Assembly: GCA_963766075.1 (NCBI GenBank)
Contig: CAVYAN010000069.1
Coordinates: 1-31,390 of the forward strand
Length of the DNA stretch: 31,390 nt
Source of the DNA: an uncultured cyanobacterium
GTDB taxonomy: Bacteria > Cyanobacteriota > Cyanobacteriia > Leptolyngbyales > Leptolyngbyaceae
Direction: 5' to 3'
The translations under genes were made by a program, and so were the position numbers. Below, in pieces: positions 7,108 through 16,860 of this stretch (the stretch's first letter is position 1; each line of letters starts with the position of its first letter). The notes beneath the pieces were generated by a model, which was given only the letters and a program-made list of their open reading frames with translations, ran no database searches and was not told where the DNA came from.

Positions 7108-8586
7108 ATGGACAATCGTTCACCCAACCCAGAAGTGCCAAATCCAGAAGTGTCAAATCCAGAAGGGCTAAACCCAGCCAGTACCCCGCTGCCCCGCCTC
7201 TCCCTGCTGACGATGGGGCAACTGGGGCTATTCCAAATGGGCCTGGGCATGATGTCTGTGCTGCTGCTCGGCGTCTTGAACCGGGTCATGATTAAAGAGC
7301 TCGCGATTCCCGCGACGATCGCGGCGGGGGCGATCGCCGTCCACCAGTTCATGGCCCCGGCCCGCCTGTGGTTTGGGCAACTGTCTGATGCCCAGCGCCT
7401 TTGGGGATACCACCGCACGGGCTATGTGTGGATTGGGTCGGCACTGTTTGCGATCGCGGCCTTCCTCGCCGTCCAAGTCATGTGGCAACTGGGCGACAGT
7501 CTGCAAGCCGTGGGCTGGGCGTTGCCCACGCAACTCTGGGCGTTGTTATTGGGTCTGGTGTTTGCCCTGTATGGCTTGGCCCTTAGTTCTGGGTCTACGC
7601 CGTTTGCCGCGCTGCTGGTGGATGTATCCGACGAAGACCAACGTTCCAAGCTGGTGGGCATTGTCTGGTCCATGCTGATGGTGGGTATTGTGATTGGGGC
7701 CATCATTAGTTCAAAACTGCTGCCGGGGGCGGTGAATTGCTACGAGCTGGGGAAAGCCGACCTCACCACCCTGCGCGCAGGCATGAACCGACTGTTTGCG
7801 GTGGTGCCAGGAATCGTGTTTGGGCTGACACTGCTGGCCACCTGGGGCGTTGAGAAAAAGTATTCTCGCTTTGGGCAGCGATCATAACGGTGGAGCGAGA
7901 AGATCAAGTCACCTTTGGGCGGGCCTTTCGCATCCTCACGGCCTCGCCCCAGACGGGGCTGTTCTTCAGCTTCCTGCTGTTTATGACGATTAGCTTGTTT
8001 ATCCAGGATCCAGTGCTGGAGTCCTACGGCGGCCAGGTGTTTGGCATGTGCGTGGGCGATACGACAAAGCTGAATGCGTTTTGGGGCACGGGCACGCTGA
8101 TCGGCATTTCCGCAGCGGGCTTCGTGGTAGTGCCCAAATTGGGCAAGGAACGGACGGCCAAGCTGGGCTGCATTGGGGTGGCCCTCTGTGCCGGATTGTT
8201 GATTTTGGCGGGCGTTGCTGCCAACCAAACGCTATTCAAGAGCGCGGTGTTGCTGTTTGGTTTGGCGTCGGGCATCACGACGACGGGGGCGTTGAACCTG
8301 ATGCTGGATCTAACGGTGGCGGAAACAGCGGGGACGTTTATTGGGGCCTGGGGACTGGCCCAAGCCATGGCGCGGGGGTTTGCGACGGTGCTGGGCGGCT
8401 CGTTGCTGGATCTGGGCAAAGGGCTGTTTGGCAACAATGTGTTGGGGGCCTATGGTCTTGTGTTTGGGATACAGGCGATAGGCATGTTGGGGGCGATCGC
8501 CCTACTCAGCCGCTTGGATCTGAAGGAGTTTCGGACAACCGCCCAAAGGTGCGATCGCCACCGTTTTCCAAAGCGATCTGGACTAA
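7108..8586 (+). CDS. BCD (PucC-like) family MFS transporter with two apparent frameshifts (~7884 and ~8547)
   Basis: LGLFQMGLGMM, LNRVMIKEL, FGQLSD, GYHRTGY, QDPVLESYGG, ETAGTFIGAWGLAQA. Correcting both indels gives ~492 aa ending AQGAIATVFQSDLD* at TAA 8584-8586. Confidence 0.85.
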
Positions 8587-8628
8587 GGCAATTTCCCAGA
8601 AATAATACACCTACTGGGTAATAGATCC

Positions 8629-8756
8629 GCTGGCTGAGCGGAGTCGTAATCCGTTCCCGCAGGTTAGCCAGCGACAAATTGCTCCCTGAGCGGAGTCGAA
8701 GGGAGCGGAGTCGTAGCCAAGGCAGATTGATCCCTGAGCGGAGTCGAAGGGAGCGG
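8629..8756. repeat. Cluster of (ct)gagcggagtcg(a/t)a small dispersed repeats
   Basis: Four cores (8634, 8686, 8703, 8734). A 31-nt direct repeat at 8678-8708 / 8726-8756 has one mismatch. Confidence 0.8.
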
Positions 8757-8771
8757 TAGGTTACTAAAACG

Positions 8772-8813
8772 CCAAAGCTGCGGGTTTAGACTAAGCTAAG
8801 CCCGCAGCTTTGG
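8772..8813. terminator. Probable bidirectional terminator hairpin between convergent genes
   Basis: ccaaagctgcgggtttag (8772-8789) / ctaagcccgcagctttgg (8796-8813), 18 bp with one G-U on the + strand. Confidence 0.7.
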
Positions 8814-8853
8814 TAAAGGCATGACCCTTTGACACTGGCCTTTTGAGATTGGC

Positions 8854-11451
8854 CTAGACCGACGCTTGCTGACGCTGATAGAGCGACCAGTACAGTCCTC
8901 GGTTGCGGAGCAACTCATCATGGGTGCCCTTCTCCACGACAATGCCTTTTTCAAGCACAACAATTAAGTCTGCACGTTTTAGGGCGGCAAAGCGGTGGGC
9001 AATCAGAAATACGGTGCGCCCCTGGGTGGACTTTTGCAGATTTTGTAGAACTTGCTGTTCGGTTTCACTGTCCAGAGCGCTGGTGGCTTCATCCAAAATT
9101 AGGATTGGGGCTTTGGACAGGAAAAGACGGGCTAGGGCCAGACGCTGGCGCTGTCCCCCGGAAAGGGCCGTACCGCGTTCACCGGCGTTGGTTTCGTAGC
9201 CGTTGGGTAAGTCGCTGATAAAGTCGTGGGCCACCGCTAAGCGGGCAGCTTCCACTACTTGTTCCGCCGTGATTTCGGGATTGCTGAGGCTGATGTTGTC
9301 CAGGATAGTGCCGTTGAAGATGAAGTCTTCTTGGAGGACGACGCCCACCTGCTGTCTCAGAGAAACGAGGTCTGCGCTCTTGATGTCAAAGCCATCAATC
9401 AGGATACGACCAGACTCGGTGGTATACAGGCGCTGGAGCAGTTTGGATAGGGTGCTTTTGCCGGAACCACTGCGCCCGACCACACCCACCAGCATGCCGG
9501 GTTCCACATTAAAGGAAATACCGCGCAGAACGGGTTCCAGATTAGGCTGGTAGCGGAAAAAGACTTGGTCGAAGGTGACTTTGCCTTTGAGCGGCGGTAG
9601 AACCAGGCCAGTGCCCGCTTCGGCTTCTGGAGGAGTGTTGAGGATATCGCCGATGCGATCGACCGAGAGCAGAACCTGCTGTAGGGTCTGCCAGAGTTGA
9701 ATTAGGCGCAGAAGGGGGCCGGTCATGCGACCAGAAAGCATCTGGAAGGCAACCAGTTGACCAATGGTGATTTTTTGGCTAATCACTAATCCAGCCCCAA
9801 ACCACAGAATGACTAGGTAAGAGAGGTTGGTGAGAAAGTCGGCGATGTTGCTGCTGATGTTTTGAGTCGTGGAGGCTTTGAACCCGGTGCGGATGAAGCG
9901 GGCGAAGAGGCCCTCCCAGCGATCGCGGGAAACCTGTTCTGCGGCGTGGGCCTTCACCGCATGAATTCCCGTAACCGTTTCCACCAAAAACGACTGACTA
10001 TCGGCACTGCGATTAAAGGTTTCATTCAACCAGTTCCGCAGAATCGGCGTAGAAATAAACGTCAACAGAACAAATAAAGGAATTACAGACAACGCGGCCC
10101 AGGTAAGGGTGGCGCTGTAGTAGAACATAATCGTCAAGTAGACAGCCGCAAAAATGGAGTCCAACACCACTGTGAGGGCGGTGCCCGTGAGGAATTGGCG
10201 AATATTTTCCAACTCCTGGACTCGGGCTACGGTATCCCCCACCCGCCGTGCTTCAAAATAGGACAAGGGCAACCGCATCAGGTGGCGGAACAATTGGGCA
10301 GAAAGGCTCAGATCCAGGCGGCGCGCCGTGTGGGTAAAAATAAATAGGCGCAGAATCCCCAGGAAGGCTTCAAAGAAGGCAACCCCCAGCAGAGCGATCC
10401 CCATCACATCCAGGGTGGGAATGCTGCCTTGGACCATAACTTTGTCAATCACCACCTGGGTAATGACGGGAGTGGCTAAGCCCAGCAACTGCAAGGTAAA
10501 AGAGGCCAACAACACCTCTAGCAGCAGCTTGCGATATTTCATCACCGCAGGCAAAAACCACGCCAGACTAAAGCGCTCTTGCTTTTGAACCAGTTCCACT
10601 AGCCACAACTGGCCATCCCAATGGGGTTCAATCAGCGGACGAGGGATAGTTTCACAGGTGTGGGCGGGGTTGAGCGGATTGGCAACAATGAGGCGATCGC
10701 CCTTGACGCCGTACACCAGCACCCAACTCAGAGGAGGCTCTGGAACTACCCCAGAAGTTGCCCCATTACTTGAACCGTTACTTACGCCAGGGAGAGCTGT
10801 CGTTCCGCCCCGCCACTGCATCAACGCCGGAAAACTCAGTTTTCGGAAATCAGGCCAAGCGACCTCCACTCGGCGGAGCTGCAACCCCAGCTTATCGCAA
10901 GCTTCTACGACCTCCGCTGGACGTTGTCCGCGCAACTGGCGCTGCACCCAATCAATCTGGGTGGAATTCTGCAGGTGATTCGCCGCCATCGTGAGGCAGG
11001 CCGCCGCCGTATTGACACTGGGGACAAAGGGAAAGCCGGAAATCGGCTCGGGTGCAGTAGCTGCTTGCGGCAAATAGCGCCCCGCTTGCAATGCCCAGTA
11101 GCGATCTAACTCAGGTGAGGCAATGCTTTGCCAAAGATCCGTCGGCCAGACCGCCACTTGGACATCTTTGTCAGCAGAACGAGCTTTCCAATACCCCGGT
11201 AGATGGATCAAGTCGCCTAACCAGTCGCCCTGCTTAATCAGCGTGGAGGCTCCTTCTTCAGGGACCAAACGCACCTTGCCCGCAATGACGAGCATCTGGG
11301 TGCCTGGGTTGTCTGTCGCCCACAGCATTTCCCCCAAACCGAAACGCCGCAGTTTGGCCGCCTGCTTGAACTGAACTTGCTGCTCTGGGCTGAGGAATGA
11401 TAGGGGGGGAACCCCCCAGGGCAGATCGAGGGTTAGGTCATTGGCAATCAT
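8854..11451 (-). CDS. Type I secretion ABC permease/ATPase (HlyB family) with cNMP-binding-like and degenerate C39-like domains
   Basis: Walker A GRSGSGKST, signature LSGGQRQR, Walker B ILILDEATSALD, HlyB membrane motifs (VVIDKV, RRVGDTVARVQELENIR). Start overlaps the upstream stop (ATGA). Confidence 0.92.
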   Translation of the reverse strand: MIANDLTLDLPWGVPPLSFLSPEQQVQFKQAAKLRRFGLGEMLWATDNPGTQMLVIAGKVRLVPEEGASTLIKQGDWLGDLIHLPGYWKARSADKDVQVAVWPTDLWQSIASPELDRYWALQAGRYLPQAATAPEPISGFPFVPSVNTAAACLTMAANHLQNSTQIDWVQRQLRGQRPAEVVEACDKLGLQLRRVEVAWPDFRKLSFPALMQWRGGTTALPGVSNGSSNGATSGVVPEPPLSWVLVYGVKGDRLIVANPLNPAHTCETIPRPLIEPHWDGQLWLVELVQKQERFSLAWFLPAVMKYRKLLLEVLLASFTLQLLGLATPVITQVVIDKVMVQGSIPTLDVMGIALLGVAFFEAFLGILRLFIFTHTARRLDLSLSAQLFRHLMRLPLSYFEARRVGDTVARVQELENIRQFLTGTALTVVLDSIFAAVYLTIMFYYSATLTWAALSVIPLFVLLTFISTPILRNWLNETFNRSADSQSFLVETVTGIHAVKAHAAEQVSRDRWEGLFARFIRTGFKASTTQNISSNIADFLTNLSYLVILWFGAGLVISQKITIGQLVAFQMLSGRMTGPLLRLIQLWQTLQQVLLSVDRIGDILNTPPEAEAGTGLVLPPLKGKVTFDQVFFRYQPNLEPVLRGISFNVEPGMLVGVVGRSGSGKSTLSKLLQRLYTTESGRILIDGFDIKSADLVSLRQQVGVVLQEDFIFNGTILDNISLSNPEITAEQVVEAARLAVAHDFISDLPNGYETNAGERGTALSGGQRQRLALARLFLSKAPILILDEATSALDSETEQQVLQNLQKSTQGRTVFLIAHRFAALKRADLIVVLEKGIVVEKGTHDELLRNRGLYWSLYQRQQASV

Positions 11452-12245
11452 TCGTTCACCTGTAGTTTCACCGTCATGCTTTGGATTTTTTCGGACAGCC
11501 AGCGATCGAAAATTTCGGTTTGAATGACCTGGCGCAATTGAGCGTCATCCAGAGTTGCAGGCATCAACTGCTCTACGCGGAAAATCGCCCAGTATTTTTC
11601 GGCACCAAATTCTAACGGACCAACCAAGTCACCTACATTAGCAGAGTCGATCGCCGCCCGCAGAAAGTCCGGCATGGTACCCCGGCTGACCGGTCCCATC
11701 ATGCCATTGGCCACTCGCTCGTCAGCGGTAGAATATTCCCGTGCCAGATTCTCAAAACTCGCCCCCTCGCTAATTTGGGTATGCAGCTCTTCCGCCAACT
11801 CTTGGCTCGGCACCACAATCCGAGACAGCACAACGCGGTCAAAGAAAATCTTCCGATCAATAAAATGCTCTTGCAGGCGAGCATCAACAATCTGCGCCTT
11901 AAGCTTTTCTAGCTTGAAACTATTGGTAATTTGGCTATGGAACATTTCATAGGTTGTGCCGTTCCGCCCTAACCACTCCTGAAACGCTTTAGCATCGGTT
12001 AATTGATTTTGTAGGCGGAAGTCCACCACCGCCTGCTCAACCATGGCGCTACTAACGTCAAGACCATCGCGCGCAGCCACTTCGGACTCTAAAACATGCT
12101 GCCGCAAAATATCGCCAATAAACCCCTGCAGCTTACCCGCAGACTGTAAATATCGCAGACATTGCCGTAAAGATATTGGCGTTTCATCAATCAGCAGCAG
12201 GGCGTTTGAGGAGGGGGCGTTCGATAGGGGGGCGTTCGATTCCAT
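11448..12245 (-). CDS. PpiC/parvulin-type peptidylprolyl isomerase (T1SS-associated)
   Basis: LSRIVV...AEEL...GASFENLAREYS...GMMG rotamase core. Translationally coupled to the HlyB-like gene. Confidence 0.85.
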   Translation of the reverse strand: MESNAPLSNAPSSNALLLIDETPISLRQCLRYLQSAGKLQGFIGDILRQHVLESEVAARDGLDVSSAMVEQAVVDFRLQNQLTDAKAFQEWLGRNGTTYEMFHSQITNSFKLEKLKAQIVDARLQEHFIDRKIFFDRVVLSRIVVPSQELAEELHTQISEGASFENLAREYSTADERVANGMMGPVSRGTMPDFLRAAIDSANVGDLVGPLEFGAEKYWAIFRVEQLMPATLDDAQLRQVIQTEIFDRWLSEKIQSMTVKLQVNE

Positions 12246-12779
12246 GGGTACATCTAACTCGGTAGGGTTCTAGGGGTCATTACTATATTGCCCAAGATTA
12301 CGGGGAACCTCACACAAATCTCTCTCAGACTCTCCGAGAAATTAAGGATAGTGGCTACCGTAATCCCACGTAAGCTTGGCTTAAAATGCAGCGGGCGACC
12401 CTAGTGGCAGGGACCTCAAAGGCACTACATCCGTAAAACTACGCCGAGGGGTTATATAAAGTCAGGATCCGGATGCTAAACCTAGCATGGGTGGTAGGAA
12501 AGCCAGAGACATCCTTGCTCACTTTTCACACGATTTTCATTACGGCATTTTTATTTTAATCCTGAACTGGCACAGTCTAGGGTGATTCCGGCGTGACGAT
12601 CTGCACAACGATCTATATATCTATATATACGCGCCGTATGACCGCTTTACAATTTCAGTAAAATATTGGTGAATAGATCTAAACCCCGACCGGAAAACCG
12701 GAGAATTTATGGCAAGATCTATAAGGCTCTAATCCGGCTAAACTTTTAAAATTGTTGCAACGCAATAGGACATTCAGTT

Positions 12780-13421
12780 ATGGCTCTTCGACTTGGTGAT
12801 ACGGTCCCTGATTTTACGCAGGACTCTTCGGAAGGTACGATTAACTTTTTCGAGTGGGCGGGCGATAGCTGGGTTGTACTGTTTTCCCACCCGGCAGACT
12901 ATACTCCCGTCTGTACCACAGAACTCGGCATGGTAGCAAAGCTCAAGTCAGAATTCGACAAGCGCAATGTTAAATGCATTGCCCTCAGCGTGGATGATGC
13001 TGAGTCCCATAAAGGCTGGATTGGCGATATTAATGAAACTCAAGCTTGCAGCGTTAACTATCCGATTTTGGCCGATGGGGATAAGAAAGTATCGGAACTC
13101 TACGACATGATCCATCCTAATTCCAGCACCGGCATGGCGCTAACGGTGCGTTCGGTCTTTGTTATTGACCACAATAAGAAGCTGCGGCTCTCGATTACTT
13201 ATCCCGCCAGCACAGGCCGTAACTTTGACGAATTGCTGCGGGTGATTGATTCCCTGCAACTCACGGATAATTACAGCGTGGCGACTCCAGCCAATTGGAC
13301 GGACGGTGGAGATTGTGTGGTGGTGCCTTCTATCCCGACAGAGGAAGCGGTGAAGAAATTCCCCAAAGGCGTAAAAGAGATCAAGCCTTATCTGCGGATG
13401 ACTCCCCAGCCGAATAAGTAA
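12780..13421 (+). CDS. 1-Cys peroxiredoxin (Prx6 type)
   Basis: FSHPADYTPVCTTE, YPASTGRNFDE, VATPANW, PYLRMTPQP. SD-like AGGA upstream. Confidence 0.96.
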   Translation: MALRLGDTVPDFTQDSSEGTINFFEWAGDSWVVLFSHPADYTPVCTTELGMVAKLKSEFDKRNVKCIALSVDDAESHKGWIGDINETQACSVNYPILADGDKKVSELYDMIHPNSSTGMALTVRSVFVIDHNKKLRLSITYPASTGRNFDELLRVIDSLQLTDNYSVATPANWTDGGDCVVVPSIPTEEAVKKFPKGVKEIKPYLRMTPQPNK

Positions 13422-13450
13422 ACATAACAATAGTCGGACTAGGGCTTATC

Positions 13451-13494
13451 AAAGGAGTTCCCAAGGGCAGGTCTGCCCCTGGGAACTCCTTTTT
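13451..13494. terminator. Intrinsic, probably bidirectional terminator
   Basis: aaaggagttccca...tgggaactccttttt long stem with T tract between convergent prx and hisD. Confidence 0.8.
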
Positions 13495-13547
13495 GGCATA
13501 TCTGCCGCAGCACATCTGACGACCCCAATTAAACACCCGCACGAGCA

Positions 13548-14849
13548 CTAATCCCCTTGAACCCGCAACCGCACGGACGCTGCGTGAGAAGGTAAGCCCT
13601 CTGCTGTTGCTAGCACGTCGATCGCCCGCGCCACTTTCTGCAATGCGGTAGGGGAGTATTGAATCAGGCTGGAATGCTTCAAGAACGTTTCTACGCTCAA
13701 CGCTGAGGCATAGCGGGCCGCCCCCGACGTGGGCAAGGTGTGGTTCGGTCCTGCCAGGTAATCGCCAACGGCCTCTGGCGTGGAGCATCCGAGGAAAATC
13801 GCGCCAGCATGGCGAACCTTGTCCACCAGACTCCACGGATCCTCAACTTCCAACTCCAAATGTTCCGGTGCGAATTCGTTGGAGAGTTCCACAGCTTCCG
13901 CCAAAGATTCAACCACAACGACAAGTCCATAGTGCGCGATCGCCTTTTCCGTCAAAATCCGCCGGGGGTGATCCACCAACTGCCGCTCGACTTCTTCCAC
14001 CACCTTACGGGCTAACACCGAATCATTGGTTAGCAAAATCGCCGAGGCCATTTGGTCATGTTCCGCCTGAGCCAGCATATCCGCTGCCACATGGGCCGGG
14101 GTAGCCGTCCGGTCGGCAATAATCAGTACCTCCGATGGACCCGCCAACGAATCGATGCCAACGGTGCCATAAACCTGCTTCTTAGCCAAGGTCACATAGA
14201 TATTGCCGGGGCCGGTAATCACATCGACCTTGGGAATGGTCTCCGTGCCGTAGGCCAAAGCCGCGATCGCCTGAGCCCCTCCCACTTGATAGATTTCTTC
14301 CACTCCGGCTTCCTGCGCCGCCACCAACACCGCAGGATTGATCCCACCCCGATCCGCGTTAGGCGGCGTCACGATCACAATCCGCGGCACGCCCGCCACC
14401 TTCGCTGGTACCGCGTTCATCAGTACCGTGCTAGGATACGCCGCTTGCCCGCCCGGAACATAAAGCCCAGCCCGATCCACCGGGGTATAGCGCTTGCCCA
14501 AAACCACATCATCTTCAGCGAAATGGACCCAACTTTTGGGTACACGCTGCCGATGAAATGCCTCAATTTGGTGGCAAGCGAGGCGAATGGCATCCAGTAA
14601 CTCCTTGGGCACCTGCTGGTAGGCGGCCTCCAGGGCTGCACCACTCACCCGGAGTTCTTCGGCCTTGAAGGTCACATGGTCAAATTCGGCGGTGTAGTGC
14701 AGGAGTGCGCGATCGCCTTGACGTTTGATCGTCTGCAAGACTTCTCGAACCGTGGCTTCTTTGTGGAGCACCTGATCGTCATGGGTGCGATCGCAAAGTC
14801 GTCGCAATTCAATCAGTGCCTCAGACCGCTGAGTAATGATTCGCAGCAT
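13548..14849 (-). CDS. hisD: Histidinol dehydrogenase
   Basis: GLYVPGG, YPSTVLM, GGAQAIAALAYGTE, AGPSE, AQAEHD, APEHL, GDYLAGPNHTLPT. Confidence 0.97.
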   Translation of the reverse strand: MLRIITQRSEALIELRRLCDRTHDDQVLHKEATVREVLQTIKRQGDRALLHYTAEFDHVTFKAEELRVSGAALEAAYQQVPKELLDAIRLACHQIEAFHRQRVPKSWVHFAEDDVVLGKRYTPVDRAGLYVPGGQAAYPSTVLMNAVPAKVAGVPRIVIVTPPNADRGGINPAVLVAAQEAGVEEIYQVGGAQAIAALAYGTETIPKVDVITGPGNIYVTLAKKQVYGTVGIDSLAGPSEVLIIADRTATPAHVAADMLAQAEHDQMASAILLTNDSVLARKVVEEVERQLVDHPRRILTEKAIAHYGLVVVVESLAEAVELSNEFAPEHLELEVEDPWSLVDKVRHAGAIFLGCSTPEAVGDYLAGPNHTLPTSGAARYASALSVETFLKHSSLIQYSPTALQKVARAIDVLATAEGLPSHAASVRLRVQGD

Positions 14850-15143
14850 GGAGTTAGGAGAGCCAGTCTTAGGGAATAGCTGAGTAGAAATAGGAGAGTG
14901 GTCAGATATTCTCAGATTATGATGTCTCAGATCATTATGGCAACGCCAGTCACAAGATGCATCTGTACTCGTTACTCTAGCTTAACGTGGATTTTTTCAG
15001 GATTGCGTAATCCACCGAACGAAGTGCTATATTATTTATCCTGGCAACTAGTGTGTTGCATAAAGAGCAATACCTGAGCAATCTGTCCGAAATAGACTAT
15101 TGCTTCTAAAGCTCGGTCCATTGATTTTGTCCTGCTGTAGTAG

Positions 15144-15458
<315 letters not shown>

Positions 15459-15609
15459 TCCTGATGGTTGGTCGTGGGATCTATTTTTCTACGCCACGAG
15501 GTCAGTTTAGAATGAGCGATCGGGTCGAGAGTCGGCAGAGTCGCCGAAGGTTTTTGACTGATCCCATCAGCAGTCCCTCGCAATTTCCCTGTTGGGTTTA
15601 GCCTTGTCA

Positions 15610-16425
15610 ATGCAGTTGATTGATACCCACGTTCATATCAATTTTCATCAATTTCAGCCTGATATAGAGGCTGTCGCTTTGCGATGGCGAGAAGCTGGTG
15701 TGATCCGTTTGGTTCATTCTTGCGTTGAGCCTGGGGATTTTCCAAGTATGCAATCCCTGGCAGACCGCTTTCCGGAACTTTTTTTTGCGGTTGGCCTCCA
15801 TCCTCTCGATGTTGCTGAAAAATGGACGCATCAGTCGGCATCAGAAATCCTTAGATTGGCCCAGTCTGACGTGCGGGTAGTTGCCATTGGTGAAATGGGA
15901 CTGGACTTTTTTAAGGCGACCAATATCGAGGCCCAGCACCAAGCTCTGTTGGCCCAGTTGGCGATCGCCCGTGAGTTGGATTTGCCCGTCATTATTCACT
16001 GCCGAGATGCTGCGGTGGCGATGGCCGATTTGATGCGAGAGTTTTGGGCCGACCAAGGGCCCGTTCGTGGGGTCATGCATTGTTGGGGCGGCACACCGGA
16101 GGAAACCCAATGGTTTTTGGATTTGGGGCTTTTTATTAGCTTTAGCGGTACGGTGACATTCAAAAATGCGAAGCAGATCCAGGCTTCGGCCCAAATGGTT
16201 CCGAGCGATCGCCTACTAATTGAAACGGATTGTCCTTTTTTGTCCCCGGTTCCAAAACGGGGCGAGAAACGTAATGAGCCTGCCTATGTTCGATTTGTGG
16301 CTGAACAAGTTGCTGCGCTCCGAGATATGCCCCTCTCTACCTTGGCTGCCCAAACTACTGAAAACGCCTACCAGCTTTTCCGCTTACCCAAAATTGCTCT
16401 CGACGCGATTATTACAAAAAGCTGA
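15610..16425 (+). CDS. tatD: TatD family hydrolase/DNase
   Basis: [47 protein letters not shown] 15610 preferred as start. Confidence 0.93.
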   Translation: MQLIDTHVHINFHQFQPDIEAVALRWREAGVIRLVHSCVEPGDFPSMQSLADRFPELFFAVGLHPLDVAEKWTHQSASEILRLAQSDVRVVAIGEMGLDFFKATNIEAQHQALLAQLAIARELDLPVIIHCRDAAVAMADLMREFWADQGPVRGVMHCWGGTPEETQWFLDLGLFISFSGTVTFKNAKQIQASAQMVPSDRLLIETDCPFLSPVPKRGEKRNEPAYVRFVAEQVAALRDMPLSTLAAQTTENAYQLFRLPKIALDAIITKS

Positions 16426-16860
16426 TATCTTGACTGAGTTAAGGATTTTTGCTATGGAAAAGCTCACAAAATGCGTACCTTTGCTTCATAATAAGTACAA
16501 GTGTCACTATGGGTAGATCAATTTTGCTGAAACGACCTGCGTTTGAAATTTTGGCAAGGCCAGTTAGTCGTCCGTCTGCCATTTCTTTGACTTGATTCCT
16601 TCTATCTGTTGAGATGGTTTCGTCCCGTAGAAGTCTGTAACTCCCCATGACTCAGGTGGAATGGCAATTCATACCCTGTCGGAATATCGCAAAAGCTTGT
16701 CTAAGCACCTGAAGGTTTTGAGCCACGCTTCAATTTTATCTGCTATCTAAAAAACTTGTTTTTCCTAGGTTCCCGTGAATCGAGGGAATTTGTGTTGACT
16801 TATTCGTAAAAACCACGTAAAATCTGGGACCGCGTTAAGGTGGCCCGCTAGAGGAGACGC

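Noticed and set aside
8678..8756. 31-nt direct repeats as a mini CRISPR
   Set aside because: Only two copies, a 17-nt gap that itself contains repeat sequence, and no leader or cas genes.
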